Below are positions 38,447 to 54,830 of a stretch of DNA of 64,000 nucleotides, in pieces. Within the stretch, counting starts at the first letter, position 1. Every line of letters begins with the position of its first letter. The notes below the pieces were generated by a model. That model worked only from the letters and a program-made list of their open reading frames with translations. It did not search any database and was not told where the DNA came from. The translations under genes and the position numbers were made by a program. Origin of the DNA: Eledone cirrhosa (lineage: Eukaryota); the NCBI GenBank assembly GCA_964016885.1, contig OZ024754.1, positions 39,432,001 to 39,496,000 of the forward strand, written 5' to 3'.

Positions 38447-38974
38447 CTAACAGAAAATAGGAGTGTGTGTATTGTAGGGAAACAAGATACATATGGATTA
38501 GATTAAGACAAGTGTTCAGAATATGATATGGAGAGTTTGAAAGAGATGCAAATATAAAGGATGCTTGTCAAAGATTAACAACAGAACAGAAATATTGAAA
38601 GAATTAGTGCAAGAGATCAGGGATGCAAATTTGAAGTTTGTAGCAATTTGAAAAAGTTTGCTGAATGAGCGAGCTAAGAAAGTTTAGATTTTTTTTTTTG
38701 ATTTTTAAAGTATGTAAATGTGATGTACCCAACAGGACCTAAATTCACATCCTACCACAGAGTAACATACCTTTCTATATTTGCCTCAGTAAATCTAGTT
38801 GATGTGATTTCTTGAAAGGACAGTTTATATTAGAAAGATCCTCCAACCATAAGACACCTCAACCAAAAAATGTGTGAACTCGTAGGTGTATTCATCCAAT
38901 GCCAGAATGGAAAACGTGAAATAGGTAGGGGCAAAATATTTTTATATATATATATATATTTTTTTTTAAAAATT

Positions 38975-39009
<35 letters not shown>

Positions 39010-39015
39010 TCCTAC

Positions 39016-39134
39016 CGACTGTTTAGTCTATTGGTAATTCTGCCCCTAGCTCGTCCACGACTCCGAGCCCTTTTTGGTTTGTTGTCAGGAAACTCAGTTT
39101 CATCAAATGTACCAGCAGCACCTGGCTTTTTTTC
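39016..39134 (-). CDS. Coding exon B: EKKPGAAGTFDETEFPDNKPKRARSRGRARGRITNRLNS(R)
   Basis: Acceptor ttattttatattttag and donor CG|gtagga. 119 nt = 39 codons + 2 nt. RG-rich basic segment. Confidence 0.88.
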
Positions 39135-39888
39135 CTAAAATATAAAATAAAGAAGAAAAAAAAGAAAAAACATTTAATGTAGATATGCAATACATTGATA
39201 AAATTAAAGAGTCAGTGATGGAAGATAGTTCCCCCTCCCTAATGTGAACATCATCATCATAATTATCATCACTGTTTTATGCCTGCTTTCCTATGCTTTA
39301 GATGGCTTAGGCAGGTTCTTATAATACTGTCAATGTGATGCAGCAGGTGACAAAACTAGCCCTTTGAATTTCAGGTACTGTCCATTCAAAGGTTTCCAAA
39401 CAGTTTCAACAAACTTTCTCTAATGGGGCTTGAGTCGATCTGAGGTTATGGTAAATGACAATTGTCCAAAACGCCCAAAACCACCCTTGGTTCTGCAATA
39501 CTTTGTTTTAGAGTTTACATAAGAACCTTAAGTTATGTTCCAAGCACCAGCTTCACAATGAGAAACAGATATTACTAAATCCCTCCACATATTTTTTATT
39601 ATTTATTTTCAAAATGAATTGAAATCCAAAGGCAGTGTCTTTCATTAAAAATATGGTAATGAAGGGATTGTAAGTTTTAATAACATTTTATATATAACAT
39701 ATTTTATATATGTGGACATTAAACAGTGATGATGATGATGATGATCAGTACAAATATACAAATAAACATTGAATGCATTGTTCTTTTTGTACAGAAATAA
39801 AAATGTTTTTACAAATCTCAAAGTTAAAAATAATCAACATACGAGTAATAACTTTCTTTCATTTTCAGTGAAAAAAAAGAAATCTTAC

Positions 39889-40022
39889 CAAAGCAAATGG
39901 AGTCCAAGCTGGGTCTTTATCAGAGTCATAGTTCTCAGCACTGTCTGCACTATCACTTTTGAGGCCAAAAAGCATACCAGCTACGTGGTCTGTGTCACTT
40001 CCTGAATCGGAGCCGCCAAGTT
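39889..40022 (-). CDS. Internal coding exon A of a minus-strand gene (QSER1/PRR12-like, tentative): xLGGSDSGSDTDHVAGMLFGLKSDSADSAENYDSDKDPAWTPFAL
   Basis: Acceptor tttgtttatcag and donor TTG|gtaaga. 134 nt = 2 nt + 44 codons, open frame. Splices in phase 0 to exon B. The upstream phase-1 exon was not located. Confidence 0.88.
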
Positions 40023-42425
40023 CTGATAAACAAATAAAAAGAAAGGGAAAAGCCCTGCATAAATTTCCTGGTAAACTAAACAATATTACACTGAAATATG
40101 TAGAATAAGATGGCAAATTGGTGGAGTGGTTATGGTATTGCATTAAACGTCTCTGTAGTTTTTTCCAGTTCACTGTGCTGCGAGTTCAAATCCTGTCGAG
40201 GTCAATTTTACCTTTCCTCCTTTTGGGGCTTAATAAAAGGAGAACTGGTACAAGGCAGTGGATCATCAGAATTGTTAATGAACCAACATCTGATCCAGGC
40301 TCAAAACAGTTTCAGTTCAAATTTCATCTCCTTCTGTCAGAAAGGAGACATGTGTGACCAACAGTTAATATCAACAAAGGAAAGACCTAAACAAACAGTG
40401 TTTTGTCAGTGTGATCTGATGATCTGTTTCTTTCCTTTCAAATAAAATAATAACTGCCCATCATAAACTGGTAATACCAGTAAACAAAGAAAATATAGTC
40501 TTGATAATAGATTAGCTTCGTGTCATCTTATAGTTTATTCACTTAGAGCACTCAATATCATTTTGAATGAATAGAAAAAACATTATTGGTATCTAAACCA
40601 GTCCTTCCCGAAATGAGGACCTGAAGAAATGCAACACCCTGCAGAGCAATTTTCAGATTTCCCACGAGATAAGGTATGGTGTCTTTTAATATTAGGGATT
40701 TTTCAGTGCTTTTGTTTTGTTTTGTTTTTTTAATTAATAAATTCTTGGTTTATTTAATGTCTCGTTAAAATTAGGCTGATGGTGGTGGGAGTCCATAAAA
40801 TATAAATAGGAGCTCGACATACACCTATGAAGGTGAGTGACCTTAAAAGTTACAGTGTTGGCATCCAACAAAGTTTTCACCAAAGACTGAGGAATCCATT
40901 TGGAATTCTAACATCAAACCTTGGTATAGATTTAATGGGATTGTTATAAATTTAAGCTATAGAAAACTGTGTTGGTACACTTTCCTAGAAATGTTGTTGT
41001 TACAGCTCATACTTGTGAATGCAGTTTTCTCAAGTGTTTTAAGGACAGGAACCCACGTCTTGTCATGATAAATGCACACTACTAACCCATGCTAGCGTGG
41101 AAAATCGACATTAACCCTGCAGCATTTAAACCGGCCAAATCCAGCCAGAATTCCCTCGCCTCTTTCTGTTCAAACCAGCTGTAACCGGCCACTCATACAA
41201 ACATGAAGGTATTGTTCTCAAAATAAATAACAAAATCTCATAGATCCGATATTATGTGAGATAATTATAAGGTAAAGCATTTACCATGAAAATACAATAA
41301 TAAATGCAATAGTAAATATAGAGTTAAACAATGATGATGATGATACCCTAGTCAGATGCTAGTCTTTTTGTCTGGATTTACTCCTAACTTCTGCTGTGGG
41401 CACACATTTTATTTTTCTCAGTTGAGTGGACAGGTGTAACATAAAATGAAGCATGATACTGATTTTTACTAAATAATATGTTTAACCTATTTCAGATCAA
41501 ACTACCTGAAACTACCCCTGGTTTTATGATTTAAAATAAATGTTTTGTTTTAAAGTGGTTAGAATTTCCTGTCCTGCAAACCTTCCATCTAAATTTTATG
41601 AAAGAATTTTAAAGTTATGTTACAAACACCAACTCAACAATGACAAAATTGGTTACTACTAAATCCTGCAAAATTCTTGATTAATTTCAAAAATGATTTG
41701 AAGTACCCAGGCAGTGCTATTCCTTAGAAATGTGGTAATAAATGGGTTTATTTCAACAAATGTAATTTTGTAGGTATCAAAACTGACAGATATTAGAATA
41801 AATTTAAATTTATCTCTAACAGACTATAGACACGGGTTTTACATATATAAAGATTTAACCCTTTAGTTACCAATCAGGCTAATTTGATTCTATGAAATAA
41901 AACCACCCATTTTAACCATTTAGCATTTACATAAGGCTTTATCTTACATAATTATTTCACATCATCATCATCGTTTAACGTCCATCTTCCACGCTAGGAT
42001 GGGTTTATCAATCTAGGAGATTTTGATATTTATTTTAAAAACAATACCTTAACATCAGTAAGAGCAGCTGGTTATGGCCAGAAAGAGGTGAGAGAATTCT
42101 GGCCAGATGCAGCTGGTTTAAATGCTAAAGGGTTAAAGGGTTTTCAATTTAAATTAAAATCTTCCAACATAATCTTAGTAAATCACTCAAAATTCTTCAT
42201 TAATTAATTAAAATAGAGTGTATTTCATTAGAAATATGGCCATGAAAGGGTTAAAATTCTCTGTAACACTCTATAGATACAGGTTTTACATCTATAAAGA
42301 TTTATGGTGGTAGTACTTTAAATACAGCAATTTTATTATTAGAAGGCATGGAAGTCTACTAGATTTGGTAGGCATGCAGAGCTAACGCTGAAGATGGAAG
42401 TATTAGAGTCCAACAGCTTTTAGTT

Positions 42426-42439
42426 GTTACCATGACAAC
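42426..42439. promoter_or_regulatory. Candidate RFX X-box
   Basis: GTTACCATGACAAC (minus strand GTTGTCATGGTAAC) fits GTHNYY-AT-RRNAAC and lies in a unique-sequence island. Confidence 0.4.
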
Positions 42440-42553
42440 AATATCAACTAAGTGTTTAACATTAACACAACTATCAGCATTCTGATTTAAATTGTTTCCA
42501 CCCCCACCAGCCCCACCTTTTCTTTCTTTAGGCCTATTACCCCCCCCCCCCAC

Positions 42554-42638
<85 letters not shown>

Positions 42639-43192
42639 AATATACACATATATGTATTCTATATTCCAAAATTTTTATTTAGAATTCATGAAACAAATAT
42701 AATTGGAGGGGGGGGGGGGGGGATATTCTAAAATTGAGACCAGAAATCTGCAGTTTGTCAAAACTGCTCTCTCTCTCCCTCTCTCTCTCTTATATATAGA
42801 TGATATATAGATAGGTAGATAGATGATATATATGTATGAAGAAAGCAGATATTACTTATGCCAACCACCATCTCCCATCACAACACAAAGGGCTATGTAA
42901 CAGTTACAATAACATTGATACTGCTGTCATGTTAACTCCTCAATACACAGCCTAGTCCTAGCTATATAAAAACCCTTAATACAGTCAACTGTTCTAGAAA
43001 TGTGCTGTCACTTTAGCTAGCTAACACACATAGAAGCAACTGGAAAGGATGATATTGGAAGAATTGAGAGAAGAGGCCAGTAAACGGGTTTGTATGATAA
43101 CTACTAACATAAACGAATATAGCCAACATCTGAGCTAGGGAAAATAAATAAGAAATGCTGTGTATAAGTTTATATGCGAGAGAGAGAGAGAG

Positions 43193-43354
43193 ACCCGGGT
43201 TCATTCGGGGTATAACTACAGTAAGTAAGGTACTCAATACATTAGTAGAGTGTATATAACAAATTTAATATAGAAATGGCTTCTACAGGACTTGAACTGT
43301 TTCATTCGAAGCAAACAGTTCTAGTCCTGTAGAAGCCATTTCTATATTAAATTT
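43193..43354. mobile_element. Third copy of the same family, folded back as a palindrome (42-bp arms at 43261-43302 and 43313-43354)
   Basis: AAATTTAATATAGAAATGGCTTCTACAGGACTTGAACTGTTT / AAACAGTTCTAGTCCTGTAGAAGCCATTTCTATATTAAATTT. The leader matches 14911-14975. Confidence 0.85.
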
Positions 43355-43442
43355 ATTATATATATATATATTATATATATATATATATTATATATATATA
43401 TTATATATATATATATTATATATATATTATTTTTATATATAC

Positions 43443-43476
<34 letters not shown>

Positions 43477-43926
43477 GAATATGTGTGTGTAAATATATAT
43501 ATATATGTGTAAATATATATATATATGTGTGTGTATATATATATATATACATACATACATATGAATATATATATACATATATGTATGCGTGTGTGACCAT
43601 GGAAAAGTGGACATAAAACGATGAAGGCGATGATAATTAATAATTATTTCTTTATTAGCCAGAAGGGCCAAATGATGATAAATAACAATAATAATCATTT
43701 ATTGTCCGTTTTTCTTTCTTTTTTCCATGTTGTCAAAGGGTGGACCAAAATTGAAACACTTTGAGCATATGTATGTCTATGTGTGTTGGTCCGTGTGTGT
43801 GTGTGCGTAAAAACCCAAATTTAACCACAGTTACCACCACCACTGCCCATCTTTATCCTTTGATGTATAATCTGTGCCCTTGAAAATCCTAATTTGAAAA
43901 TTCTAATAAAGTGGTAAGCTCAACAA

Positions 43927-44193
43927 TATTATTATATATATTTTTGTTGTTCTTTTATCAAGCCAAATAATCCACAAGACGAAATAAAGAAATTAACTAT
44001 TTGATGTTTGATATATAACTGTTAATATTCAATTAGATTTATTATTGACTATAATTATTAACAGCTTTGCCCCCCCCCCCCCCCCCCCCCAATATTAACA
44101 GTTATATATCAAACATCAAATAGTTAATTTCTTTATTTCGTCTTGTGGATTATTTGGCTTGATAAAAGAACAACAAAAATATATATAATAATA
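43927..44193. repeat. Perfect 103-bp inverted repeat with a 61-bp spacer containing poly-C
   Basis: 43927-44029 is the reverse complement of 44091-44193; I saw no mismatch. Confidence 0.95.
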
Positions 44194-44309
44194 ATAAAAT
44201 GTGAAGAGGGAGCATTTCGTTTTAATCATTTTCTAACCCAGAAAAAAGAGAGAAACAAAAAAGGAAAAAAATATATTTTTTTCTCTAATAATTGCCTCTT
44301 TCTCCCTGT

Positions 44310-44379
<70 letters not shown>

Positions 44380-45141
44380 AAACATACGCATGTTATATAT
44401 ACACACACACACCCATTTTACACACACACACACACACACACAAGCAGGGAAAAGCGGATGTAAAATGATGATGATGATATACCCAAGGGCAGTGCCCCAG
44501 CATGGCTTCAGCCGGATGGCTAGAACAGGTAAAAGAGTATATATATATATATATATATATATATCATTTAACGTCCATCTTCTATGTTAACACACACACA
44601 TACATGCATACGGAGCCGTAGCATGGTCGTAGCTTAATGAATAAAAGAATAATAATCATAGACAGAAGCTGAACTAAGAAAGCAGAAGGCAAGACTTCTA
44701 CAATCTCAATACCAGCAAGCCAACTAACCCCCCCCCCCCTCTCTTCCTCCGCCTTCTCCTCTACCACCCCCTCTTAACATGATTGTATATGCAATCCACT
44801 AGCAACAGCAGCAGTCTTTATATTCTGTTATGTGGTAGTTGTAGAATCAATGTTGGATCTAGAGATTGTTCCAAGACAGACAAGCAGCATATAACAAGCA
44901 TTACACAGAGAACTGTAAAAACTTCAGCAGCACAGGTTGGTTGGTTGTTTACCACAAACAAAGAACTGGTATTGCCAATAAATACATGATAACAGCAGGA
45001 GCTGTGTGTGTATGTGTGTTGTATGCACCCTGTATGAGTGTGCGTGTGTGTGTGTGTGCGTGTGTGTACTTTGGGCATGTGTGTGGGTAGTATGTGTAAG
45101 TTGTGTGTATGTGTGTACACGCATTATATATACATATATAT

Positions 45142-45182
<41 letters not shown>

Positions 45183-45356
45183 TATACATATATATATATA
45201 TATAGATACATATATATATACAAACATACATACATACATAGATATATATACATATATATACATACATATATATACATATATATATACATACATATATATA
45301 TACATATATATATATACATACATATATATATACATATATATATATATACATACATA

Positions 45357-45428
<72 letters not shown>

Positions 45429-45604
45429 CATACATATATATATACATACACATATATATACATACACATATATATACATACACATATATATACATACATA
45501 TATATATACATACATATATATATACATACATATATACATATATATATACATACATATATATATACATACATATATATATACATACATATATATATACATA
45601 CATA

Positions 45605-45642
<38 letters not shown>

Positions 45643-45850
45643 CAACATATATATACATATATATACATACATATATACATACATATACATACATACATAT
45701 ACATATATATATATATACATACATATACATATATATATATATACATACATATACATACATACATATATATACATACATACATATACATATATATATATAC
45801 ATATATATATACATATATATATATACATATATATATACATATATATATAC

Positions 45851-45971
<121 letters not shown>

Positions 45972-46002
45972 CACATATATATATATACACATATATATAC
46001 AC

Positions 46003-46035
<33 letters not shown>

Positions 46036-46376
46036 CACATATATATATATACACATATATATATATATACACATATATATATATATATACATATATATAC
46101 ATATATATATATATACACATATATATATATATATACACATATATATCTACATATATATATACACACATATATATATACACATATATATACACATATATAT
46201 ACACATATATATATACACATATATATATACACATATATACACATATATATATACACATATATATATATACATATATATATACATATATATATACACATAT
46301 ATACACATATATATATACATATATATATACACATATATATATACACATATATATATACACATATATATATATATGC

Positions 46377-46411
<35 letters not shown>

Positions 46412-46564
46412 CACATATATATATACATATATATATATATACATATATATATATACACATATATATATATATATACATATATATATACACATATATATAC
46501 ATATATACATATATATATACATATACATATACATACATACATACATATACATATACATACATAC

Positions 46565-46633
<69 letters not shown>

Positions 46634-46943
46634 CACATACATATATATACTATATATATATACACATACATATATATACATATATATATATACACATACA
46701 TATATATACATATGTATATATATACACATACATATATATATACATATTATACACATATACATATACACATATATATATACATACATATATATATATACAT
46801 ACATATACATACATACATATATACATATATATATACATACATACATACATATACATACATACATATATATACATATATATACATACATATACATACATAC
46901 ATATATATATACATACATACATATATATATACATATATATATA

Positions 46944-46974
<31 letters not shown>

Positions 46975-46996
46975 ATACATATACATATATACATAT

Positions 46997-47087
<91 letters not shown>

Positions 47088-47433
47088 CATATATATATAT
47101 ACGTATATATATATACATATATATATATACATATAAATATATACATATATATATATACATATATATAAATATATACATATATACATATACATATATATAT
47201 ACACATACATATATATATACACATACATATACACATACATATATATATACACATACATATATATATACATATACATATACACACAATATACATATACATA
47301 TATATATACACATACATATATATATACATATACATATACACATACATATACATATACATATATATATATATACACATACATATATATATATATACACATA
47401 CATATATATATATATATATACACACATATATAC

Positions 47434-47464
<31 letters not shown>

Positions 47465-47521
47465 CATATATACATACATATACATACATATATACATATA
47501 CACACACATATATATATATAC

Positions 47522-47666
<145 letters not shown>

Positions 47667-47905
47667 CATACATATATATATATACATATATATAAATATA
47701 TACATATATATATATATACATATATATAAATATATACATATATATATATACATACACATATATATATATACATATATATAAATATATACATATATATATA
47801 CATACACATACATATATATATACATATACATATACACATACATATATATATACATATACACATATATACACATACATGTATATATATATATATATACACA
47901 CATAT

Positions 47906-47946
<41 letters not shown>

Positions 47947-47949
47947 TAC

Positions 47950-47990
<41 letters not shown>

Positions 47991-48585
47991 CATATACATA
48001 CATATATATACATACTATATACATACATATATATAGATATATACACATATATACACATATATATACATATATACATACATATATATACATACTATATACA
48101 TACATATACATACATATATACATACATATATATATACATATATACATACATATATATACATATATACATACATATATATACATATATACACACATATATA
48201 TACATATATACACACATATATATACATATATACACATATATATACATATACATACATACATATACATATACATATATATATATACATACATACATATACA
48301 TATATACATATATATATATACATACATACATATACATATATACATACATATACACATACACATATATATATATACACATACATTCATATACATATATATA
48401 TACATACATACATATACATATATATATACATACATATACATATACATACATACATATACATATACATATATATATATACATACATACATATATATATACA
48501 TACATACATATACATATATATATATACATATATATATACACATATATATATATATATACATATATATACACATATATATATATAT

Positions 48586-48622
<37 letters not shown>

Positions 48623-49584
48623 TATACACATATATATATATATACACATATATATATACATATATATATACATATATATATATACACACACTATATATAT
48701 ACACACATATATATATATATACACACACATATATATATATACATATATATATACACACATATATATATAAATATATATATACACACATATATATATATAC
48801 ACATATATATATATACACATATATATATATATACACATATATATATATACACATATATATATATATACACATATATATATATACACATATATATATATAT
48901 ACACATATATATATATACACATATATATATATACACATATATATATATACACATATATATATACACATATATATATACACATATATATATATATACACAT
49001 ATATATATACACATATATATATATATATATATACATATATACACACATATATATATACACATATATATATACATATATACACACATATATATATACACAT
49101 ATATATATACATATATATATACACATATATATATATATATACACATATATATATACATATATATATACACATATATATATATATATATATACATATATAT
49201 ATACATATATATATACACATATATATATATATATATATATACATATATACACATATATATATATACACATATATATATATACATATATATATACACACAT
49301 ATATATATATATACACATATATATATACATATATATATACACATATATATATATATATATATATACATATATACACATATATATATATACACATATATAT
49401 ATATACATATATATATACACACATATATATATATATACACATATATATATACATATATATATACACATATATATATATATACACATATATATATATATAC
49501 ACATATATATATATATACACATATATATATATATATACACATATATATACACATATATATATATATACACATATATATATATAT

Positions 49585-49651
<67 letters not shown>

Positions 49652-49912
49652 CACATATATATATATACACATATATATATACACACATATATATACACAT
49701 ATATATATATATATATATACATATATATATACATATATATATATATACATATACATATATATATACATATATATATATATACACATATATATATATATAC
49801 ACATATATATATATACACATATATATATATATATACACATATATATATACACATATATATATATATATATACATATATATATACATATATATATATACAT
49901 ATATATATACAC

Positions 49913-49945
<33 letters not shown>

Positions 49946-49960
49946 TATATACATATATAT

Positions 49961-50003
<43 letters not shown>

Positions 50004-50128
50004 TATATATATATATATATACACATATATATACACATATATATATATACATATATACACATATATATATATACATATATATATATACACATATATATAC
50101 ATATATATATACACATATATATATACAC

Positions 50129-50175
<47 letters not shown>

Positions 50176-50196
50176 TATACATACATATATACATAC

Positions 50197-50241
<45 letters not shown>

Positions 50242-50372
50242 CACATATATATATATATATACACATATATATATATATACACATATATATATACATATAT
50301 ATATACATATATATATATATACACATATATATATATACATATATATATATATACACATATATATATATACAC

Positions 50373-50445
<73 letters not shown>

Positions 50446-50558
50446 CATATATATATACATATACATATATACACATATATATATACACATATATATATAT
50501 ACACATATATATATATACACATATATATATACACATATATATATATACATATATATAT

Positions 50559-50970
50559 GGTGGCTGCCAACTCGTTTTCGAGTACGGCCACTACTTTATA
50601 TCCATGTAGGAGAACCCCTACTGATGCGCTGAACGAGTGTGACTTTTTAGTCCAGCCAGCGACTTGAAAGCTCTGGTACAAACACTACACTTGTGACAAT
50701 TATTGACACATAGTGCTGGGCCCATGGTACCATGTGACGACAAATGCAGAGAGATCTCCAGATATAAAGCAATGCCTGTGCCGTGAAGCTTTTATAGTGA
50801 GCAAAGGCACTGCACAAAGCCAGTCCCACTCTCTTAACCAAGATGATATTTACCAAAAAGAAGAACAAGTCAACATCATTGGATACCATCAGGGTTGCAG
50901 GTGTTATATCAGAGTTTTCCTTCTCCTAGAATTCTGCCTTGACAAAGGCTAAGGGGTCATCTCTCCCGGA
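50559..50970 (-). mobile_element. Short bipartite RTE-derived element (5'UTR-like head joined to the ORF 3' end with a C2H2 finger)
   Basis: Head motif TCTAGGAGAAGGAAAACTCTGAT (also at 23034-23056 on +). 50618-50695 encodes [26 protein letters not shown] short 3'UTR runs directly into (AT)n. Confidence 0.7.
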
Positions 50971-51169
50971 CATATATATATACACACATATATATATATA
51001 CATATATATATATACATATATATATATACATATATATATATACATATATATATATACATATATACATATATATATATACATATATATATATACATATATA
51101 TATATACATATATATATATATACATATATAATATATATATACATATACTATATATATATATACATATAC

Positions 51170-51223
<54 letters not shown>

Positions 51224-51257
51224 ATATACATATACATATATATATATATACATATAC

Positions 51258-51292
<35 letters not shown>

Positions 51293-51310
51293 CATATATA
51301 TATAATATAC

Positions 51311-51524
<214 letters not shown>

Positions 51525-51525
51525 T

Positions 51526-51725
51526 NNNNNNNNNNNNNNNNNNNNNNNNNNNNNNNNNNNNNNNNNNNNNNNNNNNNNNNNNNNNNNNNNNNNNNNNNNN
51601 NNNNNNNNNNNNNNNNNNNNNNNNNNNNNNNNNNNNNNNNNNNNNNNNNNNNNNNNNNNNNNNNNNNNNNNNNNNNNNNNNNNNNNNNNNNNNNNNNNNN
51701 NNNNNNNNNNNNNNNNNNNNNNNNN
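51526..51725. other. Assembly gap (200 N)
   Basis: Run of N. The round length suggests a placeholder of unknown true size. Confidence 0.99.
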
Positions 51726-51837
51726 CGATCATATATAGTACATATATACTATACATATACATATATATATTACACATATATATATACAATAATATATCAC
51801 AGAGTATATATATACATATATATATACACATATATAT

Positions 51838-51876
<39 letters not shown>

Positions 51877-52010
51877 TATACATATATATATATATATACA
51901 TATATATAATATACATATATATATACATATATATATACATATATATATACATATATATATATACATATATATATACATACATATATATATATATATATAT
52001 ACATATATAT

Positions 52011-52041
<31 letters not shown>

Positions 52042-52050
52042 CATATATAT

Positions 52051-52081
<31 letters not shown>

Positions 52082-52092
52082 CATATATATAC

Positions 52093-52125
<33 letters not shown>

Positions 52126-52142
52126 CATATATATATATACTA

Positions 52143-52202
<60 letters not shown>

Positions 52203-52223
52203 CATATATATACATATATATAC

Positions 52224-52320
<97 letters not shown>

Positions 52321-52479
52321 CATATATAATATATATACTATATATATATATTACATATATATATATATATAATATATAATATATATATATATACATATAT
52401 ATATACATATATATATATATACATATATAAATATATATATAACATATATATATATATACATATATACATATATATATAC

Positions 52480-52599
<120 letters not shown>

Positions 52600-52600
52600 C

Positions 52601-52786
<186 letters not shown>

Positions 52787-52874
52787 CATATATATACATA
52801 TATATATATACATATATATATACATATATATATATATACATATATATATATAATATATATACATATATATATAC

Positions 52875-52945
<71 letters not shown>

Positions 52946-52992
52946 CATATATAATATACATATATATATACATATATATATATATACATATA

Positions 52993-53130
<138 letters not shown>

Positions 53131-53131
53131 C

Positions 53132-53170
<39 letters not shown>

Positions 53171-53245
53171 CATATATATATACATATATATACATATATA
53201 TATACATATATATATACATATACATATATACATATACATATATAC

Positions 53246-53282
<37 letters not shown>

Positions 53283-53283
53283 C

Positions 53284-53324
<41 letters not shown>

Positions 53325-53416
53325 ATATATATACATATATATATACATATACATATATATATACACATATATATATATATACACATATATATATATATAC
53401 ACATATATATATATAC

Positions 53417-53468
<52 letters not shown>

Positions 53469-53476
53469 ACATATAC

Positions 53477-53510
<34 letters not shown>

Positions 53511-53610
53511 ATATACATATATATATATATACATATATATACATATATACATATATATATATACATACATATATATATACATATATATATACATATATAT
53601 ATACATATAC

Positions 53611-53642
<32 letters not shown>

Positions 53643-53664
53643 ATACATATATATATACATATAC

Positions 53665-53711
<47 letters not shown>

Positions 53712-54020
53712 TATACACATATATATATATATACATATATATATACATATATATATATATACACATATATATATATATACGTATACATATATATACACAT
53801 ATATACATATATACATATATATATATACATATATATATATATACATATATATACATATATATATATATATACATATATATACATATATATACATATATAT
53901 ACATATATATACATATACACATATATATATACATATATATACATATATACATATATATATATACATATATATACATATATACACATATATATATATATAT
54001 ACATATATATATACATATAT

Positions 54021-54051
<31 letters not shown>

Positions 54052-54221
54052 TACACATATATATATACATATATATATATATACATTTACATATATATAC
54101 ATATATATACATATACATATATAATACATTTACATATATATACATATATATACATATACATATATATACATATACATATATATACATATATATATATATA
54201 CATATATATATACACATATAC

Positions 54222-54253
<32 letters not shown>

Positions 54254-54271
54254 ACATATACATATATATAC

Positions 54272-54318
<47 letters not shown>

Positions 54319-54335
54319 CATATACATATATATAC

Positions 54336-54368
<33 letters not shown>

Positions 54369-54371
54369 CAT

Positions 54372-54424
<53 letters not shown>

Positions 54425-54428
54425 CACA

Positions 54429-54506
<78 letters not shown>

Positions 54507-54563
54507 CATATACATATATATATATATATACATATACATATACATATACATATATATATATAC

Positions 54564-54616
<53 letters not shown>

Positions 54617-54830
54617 CATATATATATACATATACATATATATATACATATACATATATATATATACATATATATATATACATATATAATATACATATAT
54701 ATATATACCTATATATATATACATATATACACATATATATATACATATATATATATACATATATATATATAATATATACATATATATATACACATATATA
54801 TATATATACATATATATATATACATATATA

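Noticed and set aside
40600-40660. Hairpin followed by CTGAAGA as a type III hammerhead
   Set aside because: No GAAA after stem II and no stem III.
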